Shown here in pieces: positions 10,249-21,557 of a stretch of DNA of 33,223 nucleotides (positions within the stretch are counted from its first letter, which is position 1; each line of letters starts with the position of its first letter). The stretch is from Capsulimonadales bacterium. GTDB lineage: Bacteria; Armatimonadota; Armatimonadia; Armatimonadales; Armatimonadaceae. The notes beneath the pieces were generated by a model. The model saw only the letters and a list, made by a program, of their open reading frames with translations, was not told the origin of the DNA and did not search any database. A program made the translations under genes and the position numbers. The stretch lies in the NCBI GenBank assembly GCA_033762295.1, contig JANRLW010000105.1, positions 1 to 33,223 of the forward strand, written 5' to 3'.

Positions 10249-12843
10249 TCAGGCGACGATATTCACCAGCTTGCCGGGGATGACGATCACCTTTTTCGGA
10301 GGGTTGCCCCCGGTGAACTCCCGTACCTTCTCCGACGCCAGCGCAGCATTGCGGCAGGTCGCCTCGTCGGCGTCGGCAGGCAGCGTGATGCGGTCACGCA
10401 GTTTGCCGTTCACCTGGACCACCAGGGTGATCTCCTCCTCGGCGGCGACCGACGGATCGGCCGTCGGCCACTCGGCATTCAGGAGAAAAACCCCGTCGCC
10501 GCCGAGCCGTTCGTTCAGTTCATCGGCGATATGCGGCGCAAACGGCGCGAGCAGTTTCGTCAGGACGACCGCCGCCTCGTGGGCCGCCGGGGAGGCCGCT
10601 CCGTTCGCCGCCGTGAATTTGCGCAGGGCGTCGGCATGGATCATCAGCCCGGAGACGGCGGTGTTGAACCGCAGTTCGGCGATCGCCTCCTGCGTCCGCT
10701 GAATCGTCTGATGGGTTTTTCGACGCAGCGCCTTCTCGTCCGGCGAAACCGCGTCCGCCAGTTTGTCGGCAAAAGCCCGGTCGAACGATGCCGCGACCTG
10801 GGTCACGCTGTCCCATGTCCGCGCCAGGAACCGGAACGTCCCGCTCATTCGCTCCTCGCTCCACTGAATGGTGTCCTCGTAGGGCGCTTCGAACAGGACG
10901 TACAGGCGAAGCGCATCCGCGCCATACTTTTCCGCCATCTCATCCGGGGTGACCGAGTTCCCCTTGGACTTGGACATCTTGAGCCACTGGTACTCGATCC
11001 GATCCGGCGTGAAGCGTGACAGTTCGTCCGGCTTGATCGGATGCCCGGACTCCTTCTCCACCGGTGTCCAGCCCAGCAACATGCCCTGATTCCTCAGTTC
11101 CGTCGCCGGTTCGTCGACCGAAATCAGACCGGCATCGAAGAAGACTTTGGTAAAGAACCGGGCGTACAGCAGGTGACCGACCGCATGCTCGCGGCCGCCC
11201 AGGTACAGATCGACCGGCATCCAGTAGTCCGCAGCCGTTTTCGTCCAGGCGTCGGCGGCGTCGTGCGGCGACGTGTAGCGCAGGAAGTACCAGGACGAGT
11301 CCACCGATCCGGCCATCGTATCGGTCTCCCGCCGGGCGTCCCCGCCGCACTTCGGGCATCGGACATGAACGAACTCCGGGATGGACGCGAGCGGCGAACT
11401 GCCGTCCGGGCCGGGCTGATAGCTCTCGACATCGGGCAACACGACCGGCAGGTCCTCGAACGGTACCGGCACGATCCCGCAATCGGGGCAGTGAATGACC
11501 GGGATCGGCGTCCCCCAGTACCGCTGGCGCGACACCAGCCAGTCACGCAGTTTGTAATTGACGCGCCCCTGCCCGATCCCTGCGGCCTCCAGCCAGCGGA
11601 TTACCTTCCGGACGGTCTCCTTGCCGTTCGGTTCCCCGGTGAAGGGCGCGTTCAGGGCGGCGCGGAAGGTTCCGCCGGTCGGCAGGGCGACCGTCATCTC
11701 CTCCGCTGTCTGCGTCTCGTTCTCGGCATAGACCGGGACGACCGGCAGATCGAACTTGCGTGCGAACTCGAAGTCGCGCTGGTCGTGCGCGGGAACCGCC
11801 ATGATCGCTCCCGTGCCGTATCCCATCAGGACGTAATCGGCCACCCAGATCGGGATCGGTTGTCCGTTGACCGGGTTGGTGGCATACGCGCCGGTGAAGA
11901 CGCCGGTCTTCTCCCGTCCCTCGGCGGTACGGTCGAGATCGGAGGTCCGTTGCGCGGCGGCCCGATACGCCTCGACCGCCGCCCGTCGTTCGGGCGTGGT
12001 GATGGCATCGACCAGCGGATGCTCGGGCGCGATGACCATAAAGGTGGCCCCCCAGAGCGTGTCCGGACGCGTCGTAAAAACGGTCAGCGGTTCACCGCTT
12101 CCGACCACGGAGAAGGTCACCTCCGCGCCCTCGCTCCGGCCGATCCAGTCCCGCTGCTGCGTCTTGATGCCTTCCGGCCAGGCGATCCGATCCAGCCCCT
12201 CGATCAGTTTGTCGGCATACTCCGTGATCCGGAACAGCCACTGCGGCAGGTCACGCTTGATTACCGGGCCGTCACAGCGCCAGCACATCCCATCGACCAC
12301 TTCCTCATTGGCGAGGATCGTCGATTCGTTGACGCACCAGTTGACGGGCGCGTTTTTACGATAGGCGAGACCGCGTTCGAGCAGCAGGAGGAACGCCCAC
12401 TGATTCCATTTATAGTACGCAGGATCGGTCGAGTTGATTTCGCGATTCCAATCGTACGAAATTCCGAGCAGGGATAGCTGACGGCGATACTCGGCCGCCA
12501 GCTGGGGAACGATATCCTTGGGATTGACGTTGCGCTTGATCGCATCCTGCTCGGCGGGCTGGCCGAAGGCGTCCCAGCCCATCGGATGCAGCACGTTACA
12601 GCCCTGCATCCGCCGGAAGCGGGCGACGACATCGCCGGGGACGTAGTTCTTGCAGTGACCGACGTGAAGGCCCGACCCGGACGGGTACGGGAACATGGTC
12701 AGAACATAGTACTTGGGGCGGTCGCCGCCCTCCTGCGTGCGGTAGACATCGGCGTCGGTCCACCGTTTCTGCCATTTTCGTTCGATCGCCTGAAAGGGAT
12801 AACGCTGTCCGTCGACAGCGGTTTCTTGGGTTTCGCTGCTCAT
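10249..12843 (-). CDS. leuS: Leucine--tRNA ligase
   Basis: MFPYPSGSGLHVGH (HIGH), GWDAFG, editing domain FTTRPDT / GTGAIMAVPAHDQRD, KMSKSKGN, and C-terminal VQVNGKLR...KLVNIV. The start at ATG 12843 is inferred. Confidence 0.98.
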   Translation of the reverse strand: MSSETQETAVDGQRYPFQAIERKWQKRWTDADVYRTQEGGDRPKYYVLTMFPYPSGSGLHVGHCKNYVPGDVVARFRRMQGCNVLHPMGWDAFGQPAEQDAIKRNVNPKDIVPQLAAEYRRQLSLLGISYDWNREINSTDPAYYKWNQWAFLLLLERGLAYRKNAPVNWCVNESTILANEEVVDGMCWRCDGPVIKRDLPQWLFRITEYADKLIEGLDRIAWPEGIKTQQRDWIGRSEGAEVTFSVVGSGEPLTVFTTRPDTLWGATFMVIAPEHPLVDAITTPERRAAVEAYRAAAQRTSDLDRTAEGREKTGVFTGAYATNPVNGQPIPIWVADYVLMGYGTGAIMAVPAHDQRDFEFARKFDLPVVPVYAENETQTAEEMTVALPTGGTFRAALNAPFTGEPNGKETVRKVIRWLEAAGIGQGRVNYKLRDWLVSRQRYWGTPIPVIHCPDCGIVPVPFEDLPVVLPDVESYQPGPDGSSPLASIPEFVHVRCPKCGGDARRETDTMAGSVDSSWYFLRYTSPHDAADAWTKTAADYWMPVDLYLGGREHAVGHLLYARFFTKVFFDAGLISVDEPATELRNQGMLLGWTPVEKESGHPIKPDELSRFTPDRIEYQWLKMSKSKGNSVTPDEMAEKYGADALRLYVLFEAPYEDTIQWSEERMSGTFRFLARTWDSVTQVAASFDRAFADKLADAVSPDEKALRRKTHQTIQRTQEAIAELRFNTAVSGLMIHADALRKFTAANGAASPAAHEAAVVLTKLLAPFAPHIADELNERLGGDGVFLLNAEWPTADPSVAAEEEITLVVQVNGKLRDRITLPADADEATCRNAALASEKVREFTGGNPPKKVIVIPGKLVNIVA

Positions 12844-12945
12844 AATCGTGTAGGACATTATACCGCAGGCAACCGCGCCCGCTAAAGCGGCGCCACACGA
12901 CCGACGGAGGCGACTCACGACCGACGAAGGCGACGGAGCGAGCGC

Positions 12946-13746
12946 CTAGCAGGCGTTCAAACCGTGGGCGCGGAAGATCCCCACGACCGACGCCACCTGC
13001 TCCGGGGTGGGCGGAGGCGTCTCTTTCAGCGTGTACGGAATGCCCAGCCGCTCCCATTTCGGCTCGCCCATCTTGTGGAACGGAAGCACGTCGACCCGTT
13101 CGACATTCCCAAGACCCGCGGCAAACCGCGCGATGGTCTCGATATCCTCCGGATCGTCGGTCAGTCCGGGAACCAGCACGAACCGCAGCCAGACCGGCTT
13201 CCCGATCGCCGCCAGGTACCGCGCCAGGTTATGTACCCGGTCGGGATACACCCCGGTCAGCCGGAAATGCGCCTTCCGGTCCCAGGTTTTGAGATCGAGG
13301 AGCACCAGATCGGCCTCCTTCAACGCGATCGAGGCGCGTTCCTCGTCGGCGTACCCGGATGTGTCGACGGCGGTATGAATGCCCTCCGCCCGGCAGGCAC
13401 GCAGCAGTTCGGCGACGAACTCCGGCTGGATCAGCGGTTCCCCGCCACTGATCGTCACGCCGCCGTCCGACGCCTCGTAAAATTCCCGCTCCTTTCGGAT
13501 TTCGCCCATCAGGTCCTCGACCGTTCGCAGGTCGCCGCGCAGGAGAATCCGCGCGTCGGGGTTATGGCAGTACCGGCAGCGGAGCGGACAGCCCTGCATA
13601 AACACGACGAACCGAATCCCCGGTCCGTCGGTCGCGCCGAAGGATTCGGTCCCGTAGATGCGCCCCCGGCGCTCGATCGGTCGATCCGCCGACTGTGGCG
13701 GAACGGCAATGGTCTTTTCGGTGTCTGCGAACGGCAACGGTGTCAT
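12946..13746 (-). CDS. pflA: Pyruvate formate-lyase activating enzyme (radical SAM)
   Basis: [25 protein letters not shown] and [10 protein letters not shown]. Has an ATGA-type overlap with pflB. Confidence 0.96.
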   Translation of the reverse strand: MTPLPFADTEKTIAVPPQSADRPIERRGRIYGTESFGATDGPGIRFVVFMQGCPLRCRYCHNPDARILLRGDLRTVEDLMGEIRKEREFYEASDGGVTISGGEPLIQPEFVAELLRACRAEGIHTAVDTSGYADEERASIALKEADLVLLDLKTWDRKAHFRLTGVYPDRVHNLARYLAAIGKPVWLRFVLVPGLTDDPEDIETIARFAAGLGNVERVDVLPFHKMGEPKWERLGIPYTLKETPPPTPEQVASVVGIFRAHGLNAC

Positions 13747-15971
13747 ATGGCCTCATGGAACGTGCGTCGTATCACTTCCCGCTGCTGTTCGCGCGTCAGC
13801 TTGTTCCAGTTGACGGCGTACCCGGAAACCCGGACGGTCAGTTGCGGGTACTCCTCCGGGTGATCCATCGCGTGAAGCAGGGTCGCCCGGTCGAAGACGT
13901 TGACGTTGATATGGTGACCGCCGCAACGAGTGTAGCCGTCGAGCAGTGCGGTCAGGTTTCGTTCGCGGTCGCAGGCCGTCCGTCCGAGGGCCGGCGGTAC
14001 GATCGAGAACGTGTAGGAGATGCCGTCCTGCGCGTCCTCGTACGGCAGTTTGGCGACCGAACGCATCGAAGCGACCGCGCCGCGCGTGTCTCGGCCATGC
14101 ATCGGATTCGCGCCCGGGGCGAACGCCTCGCCGCGCTTGCGTCCGTCCGGCGTACTGCCGGTCATCTTTCCATAGACAACATTCGAGGTTATGGTCAGCA
14201 CGGACAGCGTCGGTACCGCGTTTCGATAGGTTTTCTGCCGCCGGAGTTTCTCCATGAAGTTTTCCACCAGCTCGACCGCCAGCGCGTCGGCCCGGTCATC
14301 GTCGTTGCCGTAGCGCGGGAAATCGCCCTCGATATCGAACTCGACCGCCAGTCCCGCCTCGTTCCGGATCGGCCGGACCCTCGCATAGCGGATGGCGGAC
14401 AGAGCGTCGGCCACGACGGAAAGACCGGCGATGCCGGTGGCGAAAAACCGGGTAATGTCCCGGTCGTGCAGCGCCATCTCCATCCGCTCGTAGCAGTACC
14501 TGTCATGCATGTAGTGGATGACGTTCAGCGTTTTGACGTACAGGTTGGCGAGCCAGTCGGTGATCTCTTCGAACCGCTCGCGGACGGTCGCCTCTTCCAG
14601 GTACTCGCCCTCGATCGGCGGCAGCTTCGGGCCGACCTGCTTGCCGGTCACCTCGTCCCGCCCGCCGTTGATCGCATAGAGCAGGGCCTTGGCGAGATTG
14701 GCGCGCGCCCCGAAGAACTGCATCTGCTTGCCGATCTTCATCGCGGAGACGCAGCAGGCGATGCCGTAATCGTCGCCGAACGTCAGGCGCATCAGGTCGT
14801 CGTTCTCATACTGGATCGCGCTTTTCTCGATCGAGACGCGGGCGCAGTAGCGTTTGAACGAATCCGGCAGGTCCTGCGACCAGAGGACCGTCAGGTTGGG
14901 TTCGGGCGCGGGTCCGAGGTTATAGAGCGTATGCAGCATCCGGAAGGTGGTTCGGGTCACCAGCGGTCGTCCGTCGAGTCCCATCCCGGCGAGCGCCTCG
15001 GTCACCCAGGTCGGGTCGCCGGAGAAAAGCTCGTTGTAGGCCGGCGGTCGCAGGAAGCGGACCATACGCAGCTTCATCACGAACTGGTCGATGATCTCCT
15101 GCGCCTCGCTCTCGGTCAATCGGCCCTCGGCCAGGTCGCGTTCGAAGTAGATATCGAGGAAGGTGGTGACGCGTCCGAGCGACATTGCCGCCCCGTTCTG
15201 CTCCTTGATCGCCGCCAGATAGCCGAAGTAGAGCCACTGAACGGCCTCCTGCGCGGTCGCCGCCGGTTTCGAAATATCGAAACCGTAGCCGGCCGCCATC
15301 CGTTTCAGTTCGTTCAGGGAGTGCACCTGCTCGCTCAGTTCCTCACGCAGGCGGATGATCTCGTCGGTCATCTCGGGGGTGTCGAGGGTATCGCGTTCGC
15401 ACTCCTTGCGGGCGATCAGGAAATCGACACCGTAGAGCGGGACGCGCCGATAGTCGCCGATGATCCGTCCGCGCCCGTAGGCGTCGGGCAGTCCGGTAAT
15501 GATCCCTGCCGATCGCGCCGCGCGCATCTCCGGGGTATAGGCATCGAACACGCCGTCGTTATGGGTCTTGCGCCAGAGTGTGAAGACCTCCTCGGTCCTC
15601 GGGTCCAGGGTATAGCCGTAGGCTTCCAGCGAGTCCTTGACGGTCCGGATGCCGCCGAAGGGCAGGATGGCGCGTTTGAGCGGTTTCTCGGTTTGCAGGC
15701 CGACGATCCGTTCGAGGTCACGGTCGATATAGCCGGGCGCATGAGAGGTGATCCCGGACGGGACGACGGTGTCGACATCGAGGACGCCCTTTTCGCGTTC
15801 GACGCGCATCAGTTCGCGCACCTGTCGCCAGAGTTCCTGCGTTGCCCCGGTCGGTCCCTCGAGGAAGCGGGCATCGCCGAGGTAGGGAGTATAGTTTCTC
15901 CGGATGAAATCGCGAACATCGATCGCATCGGTCCAGGGACCGGCTTCAAAACCGCACCAGGCCTCAAACAT
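13743..15971 (-). CDS. pflB: Formate C-acetyltransferase (pyruvate formate-lyase)
   Basis: [17 protein letters not shown], active-site IACCVS, and glycyl-radical motif RVSGYAV. The start at ATG 15971 (MFEAW) follows AGGAG. Confidence 0.97.
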   Translation of the reverse strand: MFEAWCGFEAGPWTDAIDVRDFIRRNYTPYLGDARFLEGPTGATQELWRQVRELMRVEREKGVLDVDTVVPSGITSHAPGYIDRDLERIVGLQTEKPLKRAILPFGGIRTVKDSLEAYGYTLDPRTEEVFTLWRKTHNDGVFDAYTPEMRAARSAGIITGLPDAYGRGRIIGDYRRVPLYGVDFLIARKECERDTLDTPEMTDEIIRLREELSEQVHSLNELKRMAAGYGFDISKPAATAQEAVQWLYFGYLAAIKEQNGAAMSLGRVTTFLDIYFERDLAEGRLTESEAQEIIDQFVMKLRMVRFLRPPAYNELFSGDPTWVTEALAGMGLDGRPLVTRTTFRMLHTLYNLGPAPEPNLTVLWSQDLPDSFKRYCARVSIEKSAIQYENDDLMRLTFGDDYGIACCVSAMKIGKQMQFFGARANLAKALLYAINGGRDEVTGKQVGPKLPPIEGEYLEEATVRERFEEITDWLANLYVKTLNVIHYMHDRYCYERMEMALHDRDITRFFATGIAGLSVVADALSAIRYARVRPIRNEAGLAVEFDIEGDFPRYGNDDDRADALAVELVENFMEKLRRQKTYRNAVPTLSVLTITSNVVYGKMTGSTPDGRKRGEAFAPGANPMHGRDTRGAVASMRSVAKLPYEDAQDGISYTFSIVPPALGRTACDRERNLTALLDGYTRCGGHHINVNVFDRATLLHAMDHPEEYPQLTVRVSGYAVNWNKLTREQQREVIRRTFHEAI

Positions 15972-16081
15972 GATGGTCTCTCCTGCCCACGGGCATCGTC
16001 GCGCCGTTTCGTTCCTGGAGATATGGTGCCATCGCAAGAACGGCCCGGAATCCTCCCGATGGCGTATTTTCCCGAACGCCT

Positions 16082-17383
16082 TCAGATAACTTGAATAAAG
16101 CGCTTGGCGGCGGCGGTCGGCCCGAAGGAGGTGACCGCGAGAGGGAGCCGGAGTTTCTCGGCGACCCGGCGGGCGTACTCGTCGGGGTCCGACGGAGCGG
16201 CGACGTATCGCGGGCGGACCAGAGCCAGTTCCCGACCGCGCCGCTCGCTGACCGTCAGGTTGTCGGCGTCGAACGTTTCCGGTTCGCAGGGCATGCCGTG
16301 CAGCGAGTACCCGATCGCCACCTGCGGGTTTGCGGGAAGCCGGTCCAGACAGGTGATCGCCAGCGCGTCGATCCGACCGGCGGCGGCGAGGGCGTAGCGG
16401 GTCAGGACCAGATCGAGCCATCCGACCCGAAACGCGCCCTGCCAGGGATTGACCGGGTTGCTCGTGTCGGGCAGCGCGGCGGTCAGTTCGAGGGATTCGG
16501 TCGGCAACGGCCCCGCGCCGTGGCGCGTCTGGTAGGCACGGATCAGTCCGAGACGGATCGTCTCGCCCCGGAACCCGCTCCGGCAGAGCAGTCTCTCGGC
16601 GTTCTCCGGTGTCGTTCTCGACCAGGTGGTGTTCGGATGGAAACCGTAGACCTCATCGAGCAGCACTCCCTGCGCCCCCTCGAAGATCGTGACGCCGGGT
16701 CGCCGGAGACGATCCGCGAGCCGTGTGATATCCGTCTGACATACCCGCTCTCCGACATATCGGAACACCTCGACCGTCGCCTCGAACTCCTCCTCGCTCT
16801 CCAGTGGTTCGCGAAGGTCCGCCGTATCCGCCGCCGGAAGCGACGCCAGTTCCACCCGTTTGCGACGACGTACCCGCCCCAGTTTCTCGCGCAGGACGGA
16901 TTCGTCGCTCAGTTCGTCCGCGTACAGGGTATCGGCGGGATGTGCCAGACTGTCCGCCACGGTTTCGCCAATCCCGAGACCGCAGGAGCCGTGCCGACCG
17001 GCCCCACGGGCGATCTCGCGCCAGCGGTTCGCGATCCGGTGATAGGGCGTCGTCACCTTCGCTCTCCCATCGACATACAGCCGGGAAAAGGCGTCCGTGA
17101 TACCGATTCGGCGCAGGTCGCTCTCCTCGGCGATCAGCGCGATCGGATCGAAAAGAACGTACTCCGAAAGCAGTGTTTCGACGCCGGGAACGAGCGTCCC
17201 GCTGCCGAACTGATGAAACGTATGCCGCCGACCGTCGCTCGTCTCCACGGTATGCGCGGCCTGCGCTCCGCCGTTGTACCGGACGACCAGCGTCGCCCGA
17301 TGCCGCCGGACGAGAGCGTCGGTCAGACTCCCCTTTCCGGCATCCCCGAACCCCAGATCGTTGACAATGATCGCCCGGTGCAT
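16082..17383 (-). CDS. Divergent adenylosuccinate synthetase (PurA)-family protein
   Basis: [44 protein letters not shown] and SFGP. It lacks the canonical GxTTGRxR aspartate-binding loop. Confidence 0.88.
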   Translation of the reverse strand: MHRAIIVNDLGFGDAGKGSLTDALVRRHRATLVVRYNGGAQAAHTVETSDGRRHTFHQFGSGTLVPGVETLLSEYVLFDPIALIAEESDLRRIGITDAFSRLYVDGRAKVTTPYHRIANRWREIARGAGRHGSCGLGIGETVADSLAHPADTLYADELSDESVLREKLGRVRRRKRVELASLPAADTADLREPLESEEEFEATVEVFRYVGERVCQTDITRLADRLRRPGVTIFEGAQGVLLDEVYGFHPNTTWSRTTPENAERLLCRSGFRGETIRLGLIRAYQTRHGAGPLPTESLELTAALPDTSNPVNPWQGAFRVGWLDLVLTRYALAAAGRIDALAITCLDRLPANPQVAIGYSLHGMPCEPETFDADNLTVSERRGRELALVRPRYVAAPSDPDEYARRVAEKLRLPLAVTSFGPTAAAKRFIQVI

Positions 17384-17398
17384 GGGTGCGCTCCTTTC

Positions 17399-18331
17399 CT
17401 AACGATGCGAATCGTAACGAAACGTATGCGGCGAAAGCGTTCGCCCCGCCGTCCGGGCGATGCGGGGATCGAACCCGCTCGCAATCATGGCATTCACGGC
17501 GGCCTCCGGATTGTCGCCCGCCATCAGCGCGATGGTTCCGGCGATCTGTGGGACAATCATCCGCCAGTCATCGGCGGGAAGGACCTGCTCCCGACCCAGA
17601 ATCCGTTCCCACGAGGCGGCGATGGCGGTGTTTTCGAAGTGCGACGTTCCTCCCGGCCGGATCAAAAAGACCTCCCAGCGCTGCCGCAGTTCGCGGGCCA
17701 CGGTCGCCGTCGCCACGTTCTCGGTCAAAGACGCCCCCAGGAACGTCTGCGCCTGATCGCGAGGGACGGTCGGATAGTAGTTTTCGTCGCCGATCAGGAA
17801 CAGAAACCCCTTCTCACCGCGCTTTTCCCAGGCATCGGTCGCAACCTGCCGCGCAAAGAAGAGCATGGCAAGCTCGTAGGACTCCCGCGCCTGTCCTCCG
17901 CCGCCGCCCTCCAGAAACAGGTTCGCCAGATGCGCCTCCGCCCGTTCGTCGTCGGCCTCGAACTCCCCGATCTGCACCGGGACGCGGTCGCAGTACGCAT
18001 CGCCGACCGCGCCGAAAAGAATCTGCGGGTAGGCGACGATCCGTCCCTGAATCATTCGCATCAGCTGGCTCAGTTCTCGAAGCACCAGTCCGGGAATCGC
18101 GCCCATGCTCCCGGTCACATCGAGCAGTACGGCGATCGGGACGCTGGTCGGGCTGTCGGCGCTGTCGCGGCACTCGCGATAGGGCTTGCGGGTCACATCG
18201 AGCGCGGGATGGAGGCAGGGCGCTTCCCCGCGCCGAGCCGCCGCATCGTGAGCAAACGCCGAGGTTCCGGTCGCCGCCCGGAACGCCGCGCGCGCGGCGC
18301 TGGCGGTCGTGTCAAAGGTTCCGTATCCCAT
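17399..18331 (-). CDS. vWA (MIDAS) domain protein
   Basis: [21 protein letters not shown] and FLIGDE. It has a GGAGG RBS and lies 15 bp upstream of the PurA-like gene. Confidence 0.85.
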   Translation of the reverse strand: MGYGTFDTTASAARAAFRAATGTSAFAHDAAARRGEAPCLHPALDVTRKPYRECRDSADSPTSVPIAVLLDVTGSMGAIPGLVLRELSQLMRMIQGRIVAYPQILFGAVGDAYCDRVPVQIGEFEADDERAEAHLANLFLEGGGGGQARESYELAMLFFARQVATDAWEKRGEKGFLFLIGDENYYPTVPRDQAQTFLGASLTENVATATVARELRQRWEVFLIRPGGTSHFENTAIAASWERILGREQVLPADDWRMIVPQIAGTIALMAGDNPEAAVNAMIASGFDPRIARTAGRTLSPHTFRYDSHR

Positions 18332-18347
18332 CCTCTTTCCTCCGAAT

Positions 18348-18436
18348 ATCGTGTTTATAAAACACGAACTTGTGATGACGTAATTCTAACACTAAGTCGA
18401 CGGCTCCGCAAGGGGTTCGTGTCAAACGGACAAAAA
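18348..18436. promoter_or_regulatory. Three 21-bp GT-N7-AC palindromic boxes (NrtR-type operators)
   Basis: ATCGTGTTTATAAAACACGAA (18348-18368, perfect 8-bp arms), ATGACGTAATTCTAACACTAA (18375-18395) and TTCGTGTCAAACGGACAAAAA (18416-18436). Confidence 0.65.
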
Positions 18437-18499
18437 TACGGATTCGCTCCCCTTCTTTGCTTTTTTCGTCGTGCGATCGATAATGGGCAGGGAGGAATA

Positions 18500-19555
18500 A
18501 TGGATACGTTACGGATCGACGGTTCGATGGGCGAGGGTGGCGGCCAGATTCTTCGGACGGCGACGGCGCTGGCGGCGATCACCGGCAAGGCGACGGAGAT
18601 CACGCACATCCGCGCCCGCCGATCGAAGCCGGGCCTGCAGGCGCAGCACCTGACGGCGGTCCGGGCGGCGGGCGCGATTTGCGAAGCCGAACTGCACGGC
18701 GCGGCCCTCGGGTCGTCGTTTCTGCGGTTCGTGCCGACCGCGCCGGTGCGTCCGGGCGCTTATGACTTCGATGTCGGAGAGGCGCGTTCGGGCGGTTCGG
18801 CGGGCGCGACCGGCCTGGTGCTGCAGACGGTGCTCTTGCCGCTCACCCTGGTCTCCGCACAGGCTTCCTCGACCGTGACCGTGCGCGGCGGAACGCACGT
18901 CCCGATGGCCCCCTCGGCCGATTATCTGGAAAGGGTCTTTCTGGCGGCGTTGACGGAGATGGGCGCGGGCGTTCGTCTTTCCGGGACGCGCGCCGGGTTC
19001 TTTCCGAAGGGTGGGGGCGAGGTATCGATGACGGTGACTGCGCCGCCGTCCGTTCCGCTCGACCGGAGCGAACGGGGGAAACTGAAGCGTCTGACCGCCG
19101 TCGTCACGACGTCGGAACTGCCGAAGACGGTGGCCGAACGCGGCGTGGCGCAATTACGGAAGGACCTGAGCGACTACGGGGTGCCGATCGTTCCGGAGAT
19201 TCGCGACCTGCCGTCGTCGGGCGCGGGCGCCTCGGTCGTGCTGGTCGCCGGGTGCGAACGGACGACGGAGGGGTGGCAGTCGCTCGGCGAACGCGGCAAA
19301 CCGATGGAGCAGGTGGTATCGGAAGCGTCGCGGGCGTTCAAAAGGTGGTACGCCACCGGGTGCGGGACCGACGAGCATCTGGCGGATCAGCTCGCTCTGC
19401 CCGCCGTTCTGACCGCCGGGGTTTCCCGCTGGACGACCGCCCGTGTCACCGAGCATCTGCGCACCGTCCTGACGGTGATCGGGAGGTATCTGCCGGTCGA
19501 AATCCTCCTGGAGGAGCGCGAGGACGGTTCGGGAGTCGTCACCATCACGCGGTGA
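18500..19555 (+). CDS. rtcA: RNA 3'-terminal phosphate cyclase
   Basis: [46 protein letters not shown] and catalytic [17 protein letters not shown] precedes ATG 18500. Confidence 0.96.
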   Translation: MDTLRIDGSMGEGGGQILRTATALAAITGKATEITHIRARRSKPGLQAQHLTAVRAAGAICEAELHGAALGSSFLRFVPTAPVRPGAYDFDVGEARSGGSAGATGLVLQTVLLPLTLVSAQASSTVTVRGGTHVPMAPSADYLERVFLAALTEMGAGVRLSGTRAGFFPKGGGEVSMTVTAPPSVPLDRSERGKLKRLTAVVTTSELPKTVAERGVAQLRKDLSDYGVPIVPEIRDLPSSGAGASVVLVAGCERTTEGWQSLGERGKPMEQVVSEASRAFKRWYATGCGTDEHLADQLALPAVLTAGVSRWTTARVTEHLRTVLTVIGRYLPVEILLEEREDGSGVVTITR

Positions 19556-19664
19556 ACCGTCCCGCCCGCCGACCGGCGTGTGGCTTCCCATTGGACGCAA
19601 AAATTTTCACTTTCGGCAACCTGCCTCTCTCCGATATAGTGCGTCAGACAAGGAGACGGAGCGA

Positions 19665-19865
19665 ATGCTGGCGGTTGTCGAGTCGAGTACGCTGCTCGGG
19701 GTGGACGCGTATGAAGTCCGGGTCGAGGTGAACGTTGCCCCGAGCACCCTGCCGCAGTTCACCATCGTCGGACTTCCCGACGCGGCGGTTCAGGAATCGC
19801 GGGAGCGGGTCAAGGCGGCGATCAAGAACAGCGGACTGATCTTTCCGTTCGACAAGCGGATCACA
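19665..19865 (+). pseudogene. comM: 5' fragment of comM/yifB (Mg-chelatase-like AAA+ ATPase), interrupted by element integration
   Basis: [22 protein letters not shown]...[32 protein letters not shown] matches the YifB/ComM N-terminus. The expected (V/I)NLAPAD is replaced by unrelated MLLTLKR..., stopping at 19919. Confidence 0.92.
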
Positions 19866-21556
19866 ATGCTTCTCACACTTAAACGGTTGTCTCGAACTCC
19901 GACGACCGGTGCGAAGTGAATATGGATCATTTCCGGCTGGGTCGGGCGCTTCGACCAGTGCACGGCCGTCGTATTGCGCTCATGCGGTTCGATCTCCACC
20001 CGATCGATCAGCTTGCGCAAAATCGCGTTGCAGGCCGTCTCATCGCGCTCCGGGTGCAGCAGAACCGCCTCCGCCAGCCGCCCCGCCCCGGAGAGCAGCA
20101 ACGCGATATCGTCGGGCGTCAGAGAAGCGGAAGAAACGGAATTTGCCGTCGGAACCGCGGGCATCTCTCGAAGCTGCTCTTCCAGCGATCGCAGTTCCTT
20201 TTGCCGCAACTGTAACTGTGCCCGGTACGGCCCGGTATCGATCCCGTCCCCGATCGCCTGAATCTGCGCCTCGACAATCGCCGCGATGCGCTGTTCGATG
20301 CGCTCTTTCTCCGTTACCAGCGCCGCGCGGCGATCAGCAGAGGGGTAACGACCGTTTGCCTCCCGCGCCTCCTCCGTGAACGTCCTTACCGCCTCCCGGA
20401 TGCGCTCCGGTGCCTGGGCGATCAGGGCGACCCCCCGAACGACCAGCGGCTCCAGAACGTCCTGGTGGTAGCAGGTGCTGTTGTCGCAGGTGCCCTTCTT
20501 CCGATAGCACGGGAACTGTCGGCGACAGGCGTAGTAGTTGCGTTCCCGCCCCGATCGCTTGCGCCCGCTCACCGGATCTCCGCAAAACGGGCAGCGGACC
20601 AGGCCGGTCAGCAACCATCGCCGATCCGGACGACCGGACGTTTTCGCATTTTCCTTCAACCGCTCCTGACAGCGGTTCCAGGTCTCCGGGTCGACGAGTG
20701 CCGGGGCCGGGATGGTGATCCACTGCGCCGGGTCCGCCCGCCGCTTCCCGCGATCACTGACATACCCCTCGGTCAGTCGCGATTCGTCGGTATAGTGAAC
20801 GTTGCGCCCGAAGACCGCCTCGCCCCGATAGACCGGATTGCGCAACATGCCCGCGATCGTGGTCGCCGACCAGTTGGACAGTCCCCGTTTCGTTCGGACA
20901 CCCGCGCTCTGAAGCTCGCGTACGCAGTCGTACAGGGAATTACCTTCGTGGGCATAGCTGTGGAAGATCCGCCGCGCCCAGTGCGCTTCGCTTTCCAGGA
21001 GCACGTACTGCCCTTCCTGCTCGGGACCGAACTCTCCCCGGATGACATCGACCTTGGTCACCACCCGATAGCCGAACGGCACATAGCCACGGGCGACCTG
21101 CTTGCCTTCCCGGGCCCGGTTGCGTTTCCCGTCCCGGCAACGCTGGCGGATCTTGTCCTTCTCGTAGGCGGCGATCGATCCGACCACGCCGAACATCAGT
21201 CCGCCCTCGGGGCTGTCGTCGATGGTGACGTCGCCGAACAGGAGGCGCCCGCCGGCGTTGGCGACCCGCTTGCGGATGGCTTCCTGGTGCTCCCGATCCC
21301 GGGAATAGCGGGAGAAGTCCGCGATGATGAGGACCTCGAACAATCCGGACTGCATATCGGTCAGGGCCTGCTGCAGCCCTTGACGTTCCTGGTAGTAGGC
21401 ACCGGACACCCCGGCATCCGTATAAACATGGACCACTGTCAGGCCGTGGCGCTGCGCCACCGCCCGGCAAAGGATCTCCTGTCCGTCGAGACTCGTGCCC
21501 TTCTCCGCCTGTCCCTGTGTCGAGACACGGCGATAGATTGCGCAAAGCTGCTTCAC
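19790..21556 (-). CDS. Large serine recombinase (integrase)
   Basis: Catalytic [24 protein letters not shown], recombinase domain PFGY...MLRNPVYRG...PALVD, zinc ribbon [12 protein letters not shown]...YYAC...C, and a coiled coil. The GTG start follows GGAGG. Confidence 0.95.
   Translation of the reverse strand: MKQLCAIYRRVSTQGQAEKGTSLDGQEILCRAVAQRHGLTVVHVYTDAGVSGAYYQERQGLQQALTDMQSGLFEVLIIADFSRYSRDREHQEAIRKRVANAGGRLLFGDVTIDDSPEGGLMFGVVGSIAAYEKDKIRQRCRDGKRNRAREGKQVARGYVPFGYRVVTKVDVIRGEFGPEQEGQYVLLESEAHWARRIFHSYAHEGNSLYDCVRELQSAGVRTKRGLSNWSATTIAGMLRNPVYRGEAVFGRNVHYTDESRLTEGYVSDRGKRRADPAQWITIPAPALVDPETWNRCQERLKENAKTSGRPDRRWLLTGLVRCPFCGDPVSGRKRSGRERNYYACRRQFPCYRKKGTCDNSTCYHQDVLEPLVVRGVALIAQAPERIREAVRTFTEEAREANGRYPSADRRAALVTEKERIEQRIAAIVEAQIQAIGDGIDTGPYRAQLQLRQKELRSLEEQLREMPAVPTANSVSSASLTPDDIALLLSGAGRLAEAVLLHPERDETACNAILRKLIDRVEIEPHERNTTAVHWSKRPTQPEMIHIHFAPVVGVRDNRLSVRSIVIRLSNGKISPLFLIAALTRSRDS
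19845..19885. other. Host/element attachment junction (crossover near CGGATCAC, about 19860-19866)
   Basis: comM similarity ends here and codon usage changes abruptly (ACA ATG CTT CTC ACA CTT AAA). The site abuts the recombinase gene. Confidence 0.75.
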
Positions 21557-21557
21557 T

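Noticed and set aside
13695..16094. 799-aa plus-strand ORF (and similar long ORFs opposite leuS, the cyclase and the integrase)
   Set aside because: These are antisense open frames typical of high-GC codon bias, with no motifs.
16082..17383. PurZ (2-aminoadenine pathway) assignment
   Set aside because: It retains Asp in GDxGKG (PurZ typically has Ser), lies outside the prophage, and has no dATPase or polymerase neighbours.
16091..18499. Apparent 1154-aa giant RtcA fusion
   Set aside because: The first ~800 codons are the antisense of the PurA-like and vWA genes. RtcA starts at ATG 18500 with its own RBS.
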